Assembly: GCA_002269645.1 (NCBI GenBank)
Contig: NIVC01000028.1
Location: 323,873 to 387,872, forward strand
Direction of reading: 5' to 3'
Length of the DNA stretch: 64,000 nt
Source of the DNA: Macrostomum lignano
Lineage: Eukaryota
Made by a program: the position numbers and the translations under genes. Positions 24,801 to 36,600 of this stretch are shown one piece after another. The notes under the pieces are model-generated. The model did no database searches. It was given only the letters and a program-made list of their open reading frames with translations, and was not told where the DNA came from. Numbering within the stretch: the stretch's first letter is position 1; each line of letters opens with the position of its first letter.

Positions 24801-27800
24801 GTTTTTTATTATAGGCAGGGGGGTTGTGTGCACCCTGGCGCACTTTAAGCGACATAGGCACACAACCGGCGAGAGGCATTACTGCCCATTCCGCCGACTC
24901 CCCTGAGCTGGCATACAAGCGCGCGGATACGTACGCAGGCACACACTCACACAGGAGTGTACAGCGGCCCTAACTTTATATACATACTTAACAGGGGCGG
25001 TAAATGGTACATCCCGAAGAACTTCGTCCATGATTTCCTGAAATATTAGAGGCGCCACGGAAATCCCGAATTGTAGATATCTGAATGCAAAGAATCCCAT
25101 GTGAGTAGAAATGCATGTGAGCTCTTGGCTCTCAGGGGATAGAGCCACCTGTAAGAAGGCCTGTTCTAAGTCTAGGACCGTATAGAATTTAGCGTTGGGA
25201 ATCTTAGCCAGGATCTCCTCCATCTTCGGAAACCTGTACTTGTCCACGTCAATAAGACGATTGAGCGTCATAGAGTAGTCGCCACACAGTCGAATAGGTC
25301 TTACTGATCCCTCGGGCTTGACCATTGGGACTATTGGCGCTGCAACAGTAGGATTCTTGACTGAATAGATGATTCCTGAAGCAAGAAGTCTTCTTAGTTC
25401 GGTTTCTACCATAGACTTCATGGAGAAAGGAAGTGAGCGAGCAGGAAATCGCATGCCTTCCATACTCACACCCGAACGTAAGCGAAAGCTGGCAATGAAG
25501 TTTGAGTTTTGATCTCGGACGACTGGTAGGCACTTGTGTTCATTCGACACTCGAACCGCTTGATCCATTCGCACTAGGTCTAGGGACGGTATGAAGTTCA
25601 TGCCCAGAATAGCTGTTGTATCTTGACCGACGTAGATGTTTTCTGAAGCAGACTTGCCACCAATAACCTGTAGCTTTGCCCCGTAGATGACAGAAGTGAC
25701 CGTAGCTTGAAAACCTCCGTAAGATCTTAGTTTTTGGCTGACTGGCTGTAACTCTAAGCCTGAGCTCTTATCGATTTGATCCGGAACCACGGTTACTTGG
25801 CTGCCGGTGTCCACAAGCATGTTGACTTCGGTTTTTCCTAGACGACACCGAACAAACCACTGATCTGAGTAACCCGTTTTTGGCTGTCTAACCGCATGAA
25901 TGAGTTCCAGATGGTAAGAGCTAGTGTTCCCTGGTGAAGGGCTGCAGCTTGGCATTCGTTGGATTGCGTTCATAGCCTTTGATCTGCACACGGTAGCTAG
26001 ATGTTCTACCTTGCCGCATTTAGGGCACTTGGCTTCTCGGAACCTGCATGCTGATCGTAGATGTCCCGATTTCCCACAGGTGTGACACTTAGCTGTTTTA
26101 CCTTTAGGTTTGCCGCTCGACTGATTATGCAGATGTCCCTGAGGTTGCTTGAATGAGACAGAGCGTTGAGCACTGCAGCTTCTTGGTCTCGAGAATGTCC
26201 CAGCATTCTGCACATTAGCGATAGTTTCCGGCTTGTCTGTAGCAGTTGCAATTGACTCGGTCATGAGTCCCTCTTGAATAGCATCATTAAGCTCAAGCGT
26301 GCCTTTGGATAGCAGTTTTTGCCGCAGATTCTGACTACGAAGTCCGAAGATAAACTGAGACAGGATCAGGTCTTCGCGCAATTCACCATATTGGCACTTG
26401 TTCGCCTGTTGCTTGAGCCGTGCAACGAAATTTGTAATGCTCTCCGCGTCCTTTTGAACAGTAGAATGGAACACATGTCGCTCATAGTGAAGCAGAACTT
26501 TCGGTTTGAAGTGCTCGAGCAAAGTGTCCTGAATCGACTTGAACGTAACACCGGCCTTGGTGATGTCTTCTGGTTTTATCAGCTCCTCCACCAGATTGAA
26601 TGCAGATTCACCGCAGGTAGCCAGTAGGACTGCTTTAGCTTGCTCATTCTTCTCAGTTGCCTCCAGGTAGAACAGAAGTCGTTTGAAGTATTGTTCTATC
26701 TCTGGGTAAGAAAGTGGCATCTCACCAAGACGGTACTCCATTGACTGAGCCATTTTGAGGGCAGCAGGTGCGGAATTTTCCTCGACCCTCAGTTGCTTTT
26801 TATTCTCGTCGCCATGTTTTGTTTGAATAACGCCAAGTCAATGAATTATGGTAGTTTGAAATTAAGCTATATTTTAGCGGCAGCGCGCTCCTAGGGTCTT
26901 GTGCTCCTAAATGAAAAGATTCGAAGCTTAGCAAACAAAGGAGAGTACCGTATCGCGTCGCATAAACCATAGACTATTTTCGAAGTAAAAGTCTATACTT
27001 TGCAGTAGTCATAGCAATACGCAACAAAAAATTCCTAATTATCTGAGCTGCTCGCAGATGGACTTTCTGTTGTGTTGCTACTCTATGCGTGTGCGTAATT
27101 GTGTGTACGTTCGATGTACATCTCTTAGCTATCGATCGCATTACAATGTATGATATATAAGTGAGAGCGCGGTGAGTTTGGGAGCTTGAGAGTTTCGCCT
27201 ACAAACTTGCAGACTGGCTGGCTTATTCATTATACAACAGTTTCCAAGAGGCCTGCAGCAGCTCTGCAACAATCAGCATTGGCGAGAGCGCATCCGACTT
27301 CTCACACGCAGCTAATTTTCCATTTTTGCAGCATGATTTTCCTTTCATCTCACAATGTCTCACAAAGCACTCACGCACAGCCTCCCAGTTCTCCATCTAC
27401 ACCTCAACCCACACACTCTCACTACATACGAGGCCCTGCAGCTTCCATTCTCGACTGACATCAACCGGCACCCCATTGGCTGTTAGGCAGCCAGCCAATC
27501 ACAGCTCTCGCCCATCAAGCAGTCAGCCAGAGACAAGCTCAGCTGACTGGCTCTGATTGGCTGGCCTGAGACTGCAGCTCTGGTCACCCCAGCCGAATGC
27601 TGCAAAACTTGATGGACACAGCAGCGAACTGCTCACTCACCGCTCGATGTAGCTGGCCAGCTCTGAGTGGCCGCTGAGCCTCGCCAGGTCCGACGCCGTC
27701 CGACCCTCGCGATCCTTCAGTCCGAGCAGCTCCGACCTCTTCGAGTTTCCGTGCTTGAAGCATTCATTGAACCTGGGCTCTCTGAGCAGGTGCAGCAGGT

Positions 27801-28268
27801 GCTTGGCGCATTTCCAGCTTCCAGTCCGCGCCGCCTCCATCAGCGGAGTGGCGCCGTTTTCGTTCCGCAGCCACTTTGCATCGAACGACAGCAGCGTCAG
27901 CAGCCGCAGGTGGTCCCGTCGGGCTGCCAGGTGCGCAGCCGTGTCGCCGTTCGCGTCAGCCGCCTTGGGGTTCGCGCCCAGCTCAAGTAAGTACAAGATG
28001 CATTTTTCAGTGTGCACGGGAGTCTCAGGAGCGTCGGCCGCCAGCATGAGGACGGTCCGACGAGCTGCATCAGCGCTGGAGAGCAGCTGGCGCGTTGCCA
28101 GCCGCCGCACCTGGCCGAAGTCACCTCGGATGAGATAGTGGGTGAGAGTCTGGAAATTTAAACATGTGAGTGAATTCCTGCAACTGCAACTGCAACAGAA
28201 ATAATTTAATCAGAAATAAATTAAAGTTTTATTACCTTATCCTCTAACTTAGAGGCTTCATTACCCAT
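11881..28268 (-). CDS. Paralog A: ankyrin-ankyrin-caspase (predicted 655 aa). Exons: 28268-28236, 28149-27641, 22297-22243, 22169-21685, 21194-21153, 13139-13080, 12851-12494, 12306-11881
   Basis: All junctions are GT-AG and phase-compatible (0,2,0,2,2,2,0). Exon lengths sum to 1968 nt, an open frame ending in a stop. Exons 2-5 are homologous to those of paralogs B and C. The long introns are explained by LTR insertions with TSDs. The first exon is the least certain. Confidence 0.68.
13243..17621 (-). mobile_element. Ty3/Gypsy LTR retrotransposon (frameshifted), with its 5' LTR disrupted
   Basis: 3' LTR 13243-13475 preceded by PPT GCGAAGGGA. The inner part of the 5' LTR (17531-17621) is followed by PBS TGGCGACGAG. 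gag ATG at 17517 with two CCHC knuckles; protease VDTGA; RT (VRICADFK, FVDD); RNase H (CDASPYGIGA); integrase (HIDYAG, SDNG, SNGQAER). Several frameshifts. Confidence 0.93.
17619..18910 (+). mobile_element. Probable non-autonomous Helitron/Helentron-like repeat (AACAAGCTGTT start, (ACAG)n, TTTAGTATATA end) with a CT-rich interior; related fragment at 21050-21122
   Basis: A block AAGTTTCAACGCTGAGTTGCCACTATTCAAGGAGGA..GTCGAAATGACA+(CAGA)n occurs at 18797 and again at 21050. The terminal organisation resembles microsatellite-bearing non-autonomous Helitrons; the classification is inference. Confidence 0.4.
17815..20062. repeat. Two long degenerate CT-rich tracts (17815-18790, 19070-20062)
   Basis: Pyrimidine-only low complexity; source of the S/L/F-rich ORFs. 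Confidence 0.92.
21685..22169 (-). CDS. Ankyrin-repeat exon b of paralog A (~4 repeats)
   Basis: GRTALMWAA, SCLHHAA..GN, TPLMLAA, GRTALDLA; acceptor TTTGCAG, donor GG|GTGAGT. Confidence 0.9.
22418..27026 (-). mobile_element. Full-length, recently inserted but inactivated Ty3/Gypsy LTR retrotransposon in intron 2 of paralog A
   Basis: 212-bp TG..CA LTRs (22418-22629, 26815-27026) with 3 mismatches found by eye. PBS TGGCGACGAG; G-rich PPT; near-TSD AGAAA/AAAAA. The empty site is visible in paralogs B and C. gag-pro-RT ORF 26753-~25000 and RNase H/integrase ORF 24724-23144. RT motif mutated to YQND, with an insertion and frameshifts. Confidence 0.95.
24803..24999 (-). mobile_element. 197-bp retroposon-like insertion inside the RT gene
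   Basis: Flanked by a 9-bp direct repeat GTAAATGGT (24794-24802, 25000-25008). A-rich 3' end on the minus strand and no TIRs. Removing it restores VPFTASYQ. Confidence 0.75.
27641..28149 (-). CDS. Ankyrin-repeat exon a of paralog A
   Basis: RRTVLMLAA, GDTAAHLAA, GATPLMEAA, GRTASDLA; donor CG|GTGAGT. Confidence 0.88.
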
Positions 28269-29526
28269 TATGCGTACCTCGACTTGCTTTTTCTCAACTC
28301 AGCCTGAAAAGAAAACGGCATGAGCAGCCGCCCCAACACAGCAGGTTTTATATCGGTCTCAGAAGACAGTGTCTGAGCGATGCACTGCCTGCACCTGATT
28401 GGCGAGGTGCCTCGGCCTCGGATTCTTTTTCGTATGGAATGCATACTACTTATGGCAGTAGCGGTTGGAGTGCAGACTTGCAGAGGTCGAGTGTGTAGTG
28501 AAAAATTGCAGAGCTGGAAGAAGAGTGGAATGTTTTTATGTGAAAATAAATAAACTGGGAAGTAGCAGATACTCGTAGAATATCCAGTTAGAACACACAG
28601 ACAAAATATACGTGCATGTCAATCTGTCAAATGTGTCTGTCAAATATGCTGTCAGTCTCGAAGTCACAGCTGATTGCAGGGACACTGCTGGGACCGGATC
28701 GCATTGACCATGCAGGGACAGAGAGGACTTCTGTGTCCTTTTTGACTAAGCGAGTGTCTCTTGGATCATGCACTATTACATTATTGAATTCGCAGAAAGG
28801 ACCTGGCATGTACTTTGCACGCTTCTCATGGACTCCAGAGAGCGCATAGCGCTGAACGGGGTTTTACCAAAGACAGGTTCGGCTGAGAAAAATCGGATTT
28901 CTCCGACAACTGGCCAGCGCATTTCTAAGAAAATCGGCAGCAGCGCTCTTCTGCTTCAGCTGCGCAAGACGCTTTCAACTCGTCGAAGCGTCCACCAGAT
29001 GCCATCGCCCACGTAGTCTGCTTGAGACAGACCTCTGCCGTCATTGCTTGCCTTCAGTGGAACTGTGGAACTCCTGCTACTCCTACTTCTGGCTGCACTG
29101 GTGCCATCTAAGAGCAGCACATCCAGTTAATGCATGCAATCTTTGCTCATTTCTGACTGCAGTATTTTCATTTCTCTCCGCATTCGAGATTGAGTCTGTG
29201 CGAGTTGAGACAGCAGTCGTTTTCAGTCGGATTGGCTATTTACTGAGCACGATTTATTTGAGATATTATTTTTTTTCATTTTAATTGTGGCTTCCTTGAC
29301 CCTCAGAGAATTCTGAACACATCGAACCTCAACTCTGCTGAACAGTCAATGCCTTTTACAGACTGTGAACGCGTCCGACTCTCGCGCCACGATCCGTGGT
29401 TCGATTCCGTGTGGGAGGGAGCAAATTTATTTGAGATTTCTGCATGAAAATTGACGGGGTTGCCGTCAAATTCACAGCCATGATGGCCGACTCTAAGGTT
29501 CTATTCACTGGTCTGTTCCGGTTTTA

Positions 29527-30340
29527 CCCATTGGTCTGTGTCCGGTACTATCCATTGGTCTGTGTCCGGTACTATCCATTGGTCTGTGTGCGGTACTATC
29601 CATGGTCTGTGTCCGGTACTAACCATTGGTCTGTGTCCGGTACTATCCATGGTCTGTGTCCGGTACTATCCATTGGTCTGTGTCCGGTACTATCCATTGG
29701 TCTGTATCCGGTACTATCCATGGTCTGTGTCCGGTACTATCCATTGGTCTGTGTCCGGTACTATGCATTGGTCTGTGTCCGGTACTATCCATTGGTCTGT
29801 GTCCGGTACTATGCATTGGTCTGTGTCCGGTACTATCCATTGGTCTGTGTCCGGTACTATCCATGGTCTGTGTCCGGTACTATCCATTGGTCTGTGTCCG
29901 GTACTATGCATTGGTCTGTGTCCGGTACTATGCATTGGTCTGTGTCCGGTACTATCCATTGGTCTGTGTCCGGTACTATGCATTGGTCTGTGTCCGGTAC
30001 TATCCATTGGTCTGTGTCCGGTACTATCCATGGTCTGTGTCCGGTACTATCCATTGGTCTGTGTCCGGTACTATCCATTGGTCTGTGTCCGGTACTAACC
30101 ATTGGTCTGTGTCCAGTACTAACCATTGGTCTGTGTCCGGTACTATCCAATGGTCTGTGTCCGGTACTATCCATTGGTCTGTATCCGGTACTATCCATGG
30201 TCTGTGTCCGGTACTATCCATTGGTCTGTGTCCGGTACTATCCATTGGTCTATGTCCGGTACTATCCATTGGTCTGTGTCCGGTACTATCCATTGGTCTA
30301 TGTCCGGTACTATCCATTGGTCTGTATCCGGTACTATCGA
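29527..30340. repeat. 23/24-bp minisatellite (~34 copies)
   Basis: CCATTGGTCTGTGTCCGGTACTAT. Confidence 0.95.
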
Positions 30341-30907
30341 TTTTTCTGTGTCTGGTTTGAAAATTTCGAAAATGAGTGCGAGAACTCATCGTTAATTTTA
30401 GGATTTATGATTAGAAATTCATTTATTGGGGTATGGAATTTGGGTGCCACACGGTTTGCTCAAGGACTTCTTCTAGTCTAGAAGTCCTTGGCTTTTTCCA
30501 TATCAAATGCAGTCCAGGCGCTAGGGAGTCCCTATACCAGCCTACGGCCTTATCACGAAACCTCACATTAAATGAATTTGCACAGCTAAAAAGAAAATTG
30601 TGACAGCGTACAGTTGTAGGCACCTCACCCCATGCAGTTTCCTACAAGGGCCCTTGAAACCCACCTGTTTGCATTGCAGGCCATGTTGGACCATTTTCTG
30701 TGCTTTATTACGACAAAAACATATGAATGAAATTTAATTGAGCGCTGGCTTCGGCTCTGTCCAGATTTTTAGCTGACTCGAGGCTTGGAGATCAGAAACG
30801 AAGCAGAATATTCTCATCCAGATATCAGTACTTGCATTTCCAGTACAAGGCGGCCGATGCAGATATTCAGTTCTGGCTCTGCAGGTTGGCCTCTTCATCA
30901 TTGGCAT

Positions 30908-31220
30908 CCCAGAATCTCTCAGCATCTCAGAATCTCTCAGCATCCCAGAGTCTCTCAGCATCTCAGAATCTCTCAGAATCTCAGAATCTCTCAGCATCTC
31001 AGAATCTCTCAGCATCTCAGAATCTCTCAGCATCTCAGAATCTCTCAGCATCCCAGAGTCTCTCAGCATCTCAGAATCTCTTAGCATCTCAGAATCTCTC
31101 AGCATCTCAGAATCTCTCAGCATCTCAGAATCTCTCAGCATCTCAGAATCTCTCAGCATCTCAGAATCTCTCAGCATCTCAGAGTCTCTCAGCATCTCAG
31201 AATCTCTCAGCATCTCAGAA
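30908..31220. repeat. 18-bp minisatellite (~17 copies)
   Basis: TCTCAGAATCTCTCAGCA. Confidence 0.95.
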
Positions 31221-31614
31221 TTGTGCACTCTAATAAAAAACAAAAGAAACTCTCACATCAAAACTTTCTTAGTTTTTTAATTTAAAATATAAATAAGGGA
31301 CTCGTACAGTCATGGTACTGACAGTAGCATGACACTGACCCAGTTCAATGTACAGAATTAAGGAGAATATGAAAATTGAAATGGGTTTCATACCGAAATG
31401 GCTGTCTGGTGACAAACAAAACTAGAAGTCTTCAGTGAAACTGTTTTAACAGTTTTTCAAGCACCAATCAACCATACGTTTGCATCCAGTTACTGAGGTG
31501 TTTTTCACCGAAAATATAAATTAATGGCCTCTCACTCGCTGCAGATCATAGATCTCATCACGCCTTCCAACCATACCCTGAACCAAACTGCTTCTCTAGC
31601 ATTAGTTTTGGAGT

Positions 31615-31890
31615 CTTCTCTGAGCACTCTCAATCAGCCCTTCTCTGAGCACTCTCAATCAGCCCTTCTCTGAGCACTCTCAATCAGCCCTTCTCTGAGC
31701 ACTCTCAATCAGCCCTTCTCTGAGCACTCTCAATCAGCCCTTCTCTGAGCACTCTCAATCAGCCCTTCTCTGAGCACTCTCAATCAGCCCTTCTCTGAGC
31801 ACTCTCAATCAGCCCTTCTCTGAGCACTCTCAATCAGCCCTTCTCTGAGCACTCTCAATCAGCCCTTCTCTGAGCACTCTCAATCAGCCC
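31615..31890. repeat. 25-bp homogeneous minisatellite (~11 copies)
   Basis: TGAGCACTCTCAATCAGCCCTTCTC. Confidence 0.95.
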
Positions 31891-33633
31891 TGCTGTGTGC
31901 TAACTCGGATGCAGCTCAAATTAAAGCCGAGCCCTTCTTCTGGTACCAATTAATTCTGCAATGAGAAAATGCTGAATCATGATCACATGCAAAGCACATG
32001 GATAGCAAAGGATTGCTAAACAGCACTACGAGTATGGCGCGATTTTTGAACTTTCCGCTGCAATCAAAGTGCCTCACGTGAGCTCCGCAACCAACAGACA
32101 AAGTTTATCTTATCACAAAGCTTTCAATGCTCGCACAGCTACTCAAAATAGTCAACAGCTAAACAGTTTATCATGCAGCTCTCCTGCCCAGTGTTTCTTC
32201 GACCCTTGACGTCAGTGTCAGCTGATTCTTGGGGTGTTCTGTTGTGCGTGGCGGTTCTTCTCAGGTGAGCTGTCCGCACCTCTCTTATCGGGAAGACCTG
32301 GCTCGATCTGAGCTCAGGTGCAGCCTCGGTGGCTCCACTTATCTTGTTTTTCTACAGTGTCTGCCTTGAGGTGCGACCTGTGGCACTTTTGCCCTTTTTA
32401 GTCTGTCCTTGCAGTGAATCTGAAACTCTTGTTTGGTCATCGTCTTCGCGAGACACCTCACTGGCACCCCAGTGTCCAGTTCGACCTCCGCCTGCCTCGT
32501 TCAGGTGACTCCGACAGGTGACATGCTCAGCCAGGCCTTTGAACCAAACACGAGCGTGCATTGTAGGGTGCCCAGGCTAAGCCTTGATCCTACGCCCGAC
32601 CTGCTCATGGATCTGATGCTCCCCAAACAGGCTCCCAGCCTCTGCAAGTCATGGATCGGACATTTCCCTGATAAACTATATAAGCAATGAAAACCAAGCA
32701 CTCATGGCTGATGTGCAGAAACTCTCAGAAATTTTAACAGCTAAATAAGTTTTTTCTGATTAAAGCAAAACTCGAATTCACGTGCTTCAGCTTGGAGCAG
32801 TCGTGAGTTATCTGAGATTGATTCACCCTTATGCATTGGGCACACACAGAGAATAAAATGTTCCAAGTGTGCTGATTTTTTTATAGTATTTTTGAGGCAA
32901 ACCAATGGATACAGAGAAAGTCAAATAGTGAACAAAAATTTCGACTTAACAAGAATCAAAATAAAATCTGGTACAACGAGTAGTTAAGCTTGTTTTCATT
33001 GGTACCGATATGAAGGCTCAGGGCTGTTGCGATTCTCCGTTGGTCTTTGGTAGAATTCACAGGAAAAGCACTTTATACTTTTTTTAAATTAGAAACTTTA
33101 TCGGAGATTTCCTGTTTAAGTTTAATTTACCGTGGGGAGCACGATAACAGTTCCAAATGCACTTAAACGGGAGCTGAACTTTGCTTTCCACCCCCACGCA
33201 GCACTTTAGGCAGGACCCATTCCCCTAAGGCATCTTTGGTCTCGCAGTCCTCCATGTTTCGCAGCCCAGTTTATGGTTTGCTAATCTGAACTGTGACAGG
33301 GTGCACTTTAATTCTGGGTTGGAAATTTCTACATGCACATGTAGCACATGCTTTTCCGTTGACCAGTACCATTTAAAACTAAAGTAAAAGTGACTCAGCT
33401 CTGAACAGCTCGGTAATCTTTGTCTACTCTTTGTCTACTCTTTGTCTACTCTTGCAATTTCTAATTTAAAACTCAGGCACTACCAGTACTTTGGCTATCT
33501 TGTAGAATTATCATGTCAAGGACGAAAAAAGTTTCTAAAAATTGCTCATACGAAGTTTACTGCAGACAGTTCCAAACTAAACAAAAGCTACGTAGAAATT
33601 TTCGCCATCGAAGAGCGCTCTGACCGGTGTCTG

Positions 33634-36600
33634 TCATTTCCGTGCACCAAAAAACGAGCTCAGGAATCGCGGTTTCAGCTTCCCACCCGCCAGGTACTCG
33701 TGCCCCATCAGCTCCAGTGCGGATCTTCTCTTCCTGCGGTCCTTGGCGGTGCAGCGGCTGTAGAAATCCCTCAGCTCTGCGGACCGGCCGTCCGGCAGGG
33801 CGGGGGCGCCCCTCCTGTCGATCAGCTGGGCCATTTCTAGCAGGCTTTTGGTGTTCGCGAACGGCCTTGAGCCGGACGCCATCTGGAAGACGGAGCAGCC
33901 GAACGCCCAGATGTCCGACTCTCTGCTGTACTGCACGCTGTCCGACTCTCCCGCTCCGAGCAGCTCTGGCGCCATGAAGTTCAGAGTGCCCTTTGGTTTC
34001 GAAGTGGAGGCTGAGATGTGGCTGACTGAATGCTCCAGCTTAATTGACAGGCCGAAGTCGATCAGCTTGATTCGCGTCTTGTCAGCACAAACAATTATGT
34101 TGGAGCAGTTGATGTCTCTGTGGATGACGGGCGGCTGCTGGCTGTGCAGGTAGAGCAGCGCGCGGCAGATCTGCGAGCGGTCGGTCAGTGAGCAGTCATC
34201 ATTCATGGGAACATGGAGCAGGAGCATCAAGGATGCACAATGCTCACCTGCTCGCTGAAGTCTCGGGTCGTCAGCTCGTCCAGCGGCTTGTTGTCGATAA
34301 ACCTCTCCAAGCTTCGGCCGTCCAGCAGCTCCATGAACACAACGACTGTGGCGGGCTTCGGCTGAGCGATGTGCAAGAACCTGACGATGTTGGGATGCCG
34401 CAGTCGGCACAGGTTTCTCTCGCTCTCGACAGCTCTGTGGATCTCTGAGCTTACATCGGTTTGGTCATCACCGAGCTGCACAGGCAGTCTGAGAGTCTTG
34501 GCAGCGCACGTGACGCCCGTGTCAGTTCGAACTTCGTGGACTTCGCCGAAGCCTCCGCGGCCGATGAGACGAACGGCGTCCCAGCGCTCCAGGAATGGGG
34601 GGCCTTCGGGTCTGAGGGGATGCGAATTGAGGCAATGAGGGATAATATGCATGCTGTAGCTGTGTGCTGTAGCTGTGTGCTGTAGCTGTGTGCTGTAGCT
34701 GTGTGCTGTAGCTGTGTGCTGTAGCTGTGTGCTGTAGCTGTGTGTGCTGTAGCTGTGTGTGCTGTAGCTGTGTGCTGTAGCTGTGTGTGCTGTAGTTGTG
34801 TGCTGTAGCTGTGTGCTGTAGCTGTGTGTGCTGTAGTTGTGTGCTGTAGCTGCGTGCTGTAGCTGTGTGTGTTGTAGCTGTGTGCTGTAGCTGTGTGTAC
34901 AGTAGCTGTGTGTGCTGTAGCTGTGTTTGCTGTAGCTGTGTGTGCAGTAGCTGTGTGTGCTGTAGCTGTGTGTGCTGTAGCTGTGTGTGCTATAGCTGTG
35001 TGCTGTAGCTGCGTGCTTTTCTGTGTGTGGTGTAGCTGTCTGTACTGAATGAACTCACGGCAGTGCGAGAGGCTCGTCGAAATAAATTTTCCTGTCGTAC
35101 CTGAAAAAGCAGTGCGGAGTCTGATTTCTGGCGGAATTCTGGTGAGAGCCCATCATGTTCTGTGCTAACTTACATTCTAACATTCTATTCTACCTAATTA
35201 TTTTGCTTTATTTATATTTGTTACAAAATAGATTTTTAAACATTTTCTGCAATTTAATATGGTTAAATTGAACTTAAATGTCACAGCAAAATGGTTGCTG
35301 GTGTCTCACAGCTCGCAGGCAGCTGAGCATTAATATTCAACTGGCAATCTGCAGTCAACTGCACTGCAAACTCCTTCACTGCAGCTCAGTCAGTCCCTGC
35401 TGCCGATTTAAACTACAAAAATGTAAAAATGCTCACTCAGAGCAACTACAGTCAGCTGCTCAATATTCAATCATAAATTACAGCATAATGTTTATCAATG
35501 ATAAATCAAAGTCAGAGAGACATTCTCAGTCGCCATGGAAACTCACCCACGCAGCAGCTCAGCCAGTTCGCTTATTCTGTACTCTGTGGCCAAATCCAGC
35601 GCAGTCCTGCCGTCTTCGTCCTTCAGGCTCCAATCCGCCTCTGAGTCCAGCAGAACCCGACCGACTGCGGCGGCGGTGGCAGGGGGCGCAAAGGCTGCCA
35701 GGATGAGGGGCGTTGATTTAAAGTCATTCCTCGCATTGGCGGAGGCTCCGGAAGCCAGCAGAGCGGAGGCTGCGGCAGAATTGCCAGCGGTGGCTGCATG
35801 GTGCAGGCAACAAAAAGCCCATCTATTCGCACAGGTGGGGTCACCCAGCTGCAGCAGCTGCACCCACAGAGCCTCATCACTGCACGAGCTGTTCTGAGCT
35901 GCCCGCATCAACGCGGTGCGACCCCAGTCGTCAGGCAGGTCGCAGCTGCCGCGGGTCGCCGCTCGCCGCAGCCCCGCCAAGTCGCCCGCCTCGGCCAGCC
36001 GCTGCAGTTCCTGTCGATCCGCCTCCTCCTGCAAAGGCGAGCGGGAAATTTGAGCACAGCTGCTCAGCTGCAGCCGCATCGGCACCGCAGATGCCTCTCA
36101 CCTGGGCTGTCAGGCCGGAGATCCTGCCATCCACAACCAGCCGCATCTCACTGCAACAGTAAAAATGAGCAGCGAATTTGCAATTCTCCTAAATCCAATA
36201 CCTACAATCGCAAAAATAATTATTTCATGATAAGTTTTGTAAACAGAAATTCTAATTCTAATTCTAATTCTAATCTGAGCTGCTCGCAGATGGAGTTTCC
36301 GAGAGGACTGCAGCAGCTCTGCAACAATCAGCATTGGCGAGAGCGCATCCGACTTCTCACATGCAGCTCATTTTCCATTTCTGCAGCATGAGTTTCCTTC
36401 CATCTCACAATGTCTCACAAAGCACTCACGCACAGCCTCCCAGTTCTCCATCTGCAGCTCCACCACACACTCTCACTGCACACCGAGGCCCTTCAGCTTC
36501 CATTCTCGACTGAGATCAACCGGCACCCCATTGGCTGTGAGGCAGCCAGCCAATCACAGCTCTCGCCCATCAAGCAGTCAGCCAGAGACAAGCTCAGCTG

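Noticed and set aside
29370-29425. Second tRNA-like head (GGTTCGATTCC)
   Set aside because: B box only; no convincing A box or cloverleaf.
30420-31612. Possible gag-like remnants on the minus strand (FRDKAVGWYRD; AREAVWFRVWLE)
   Set aside because: Short, full of stops, with no LTRs or diagnostic motifs; cannot be supported without a search.
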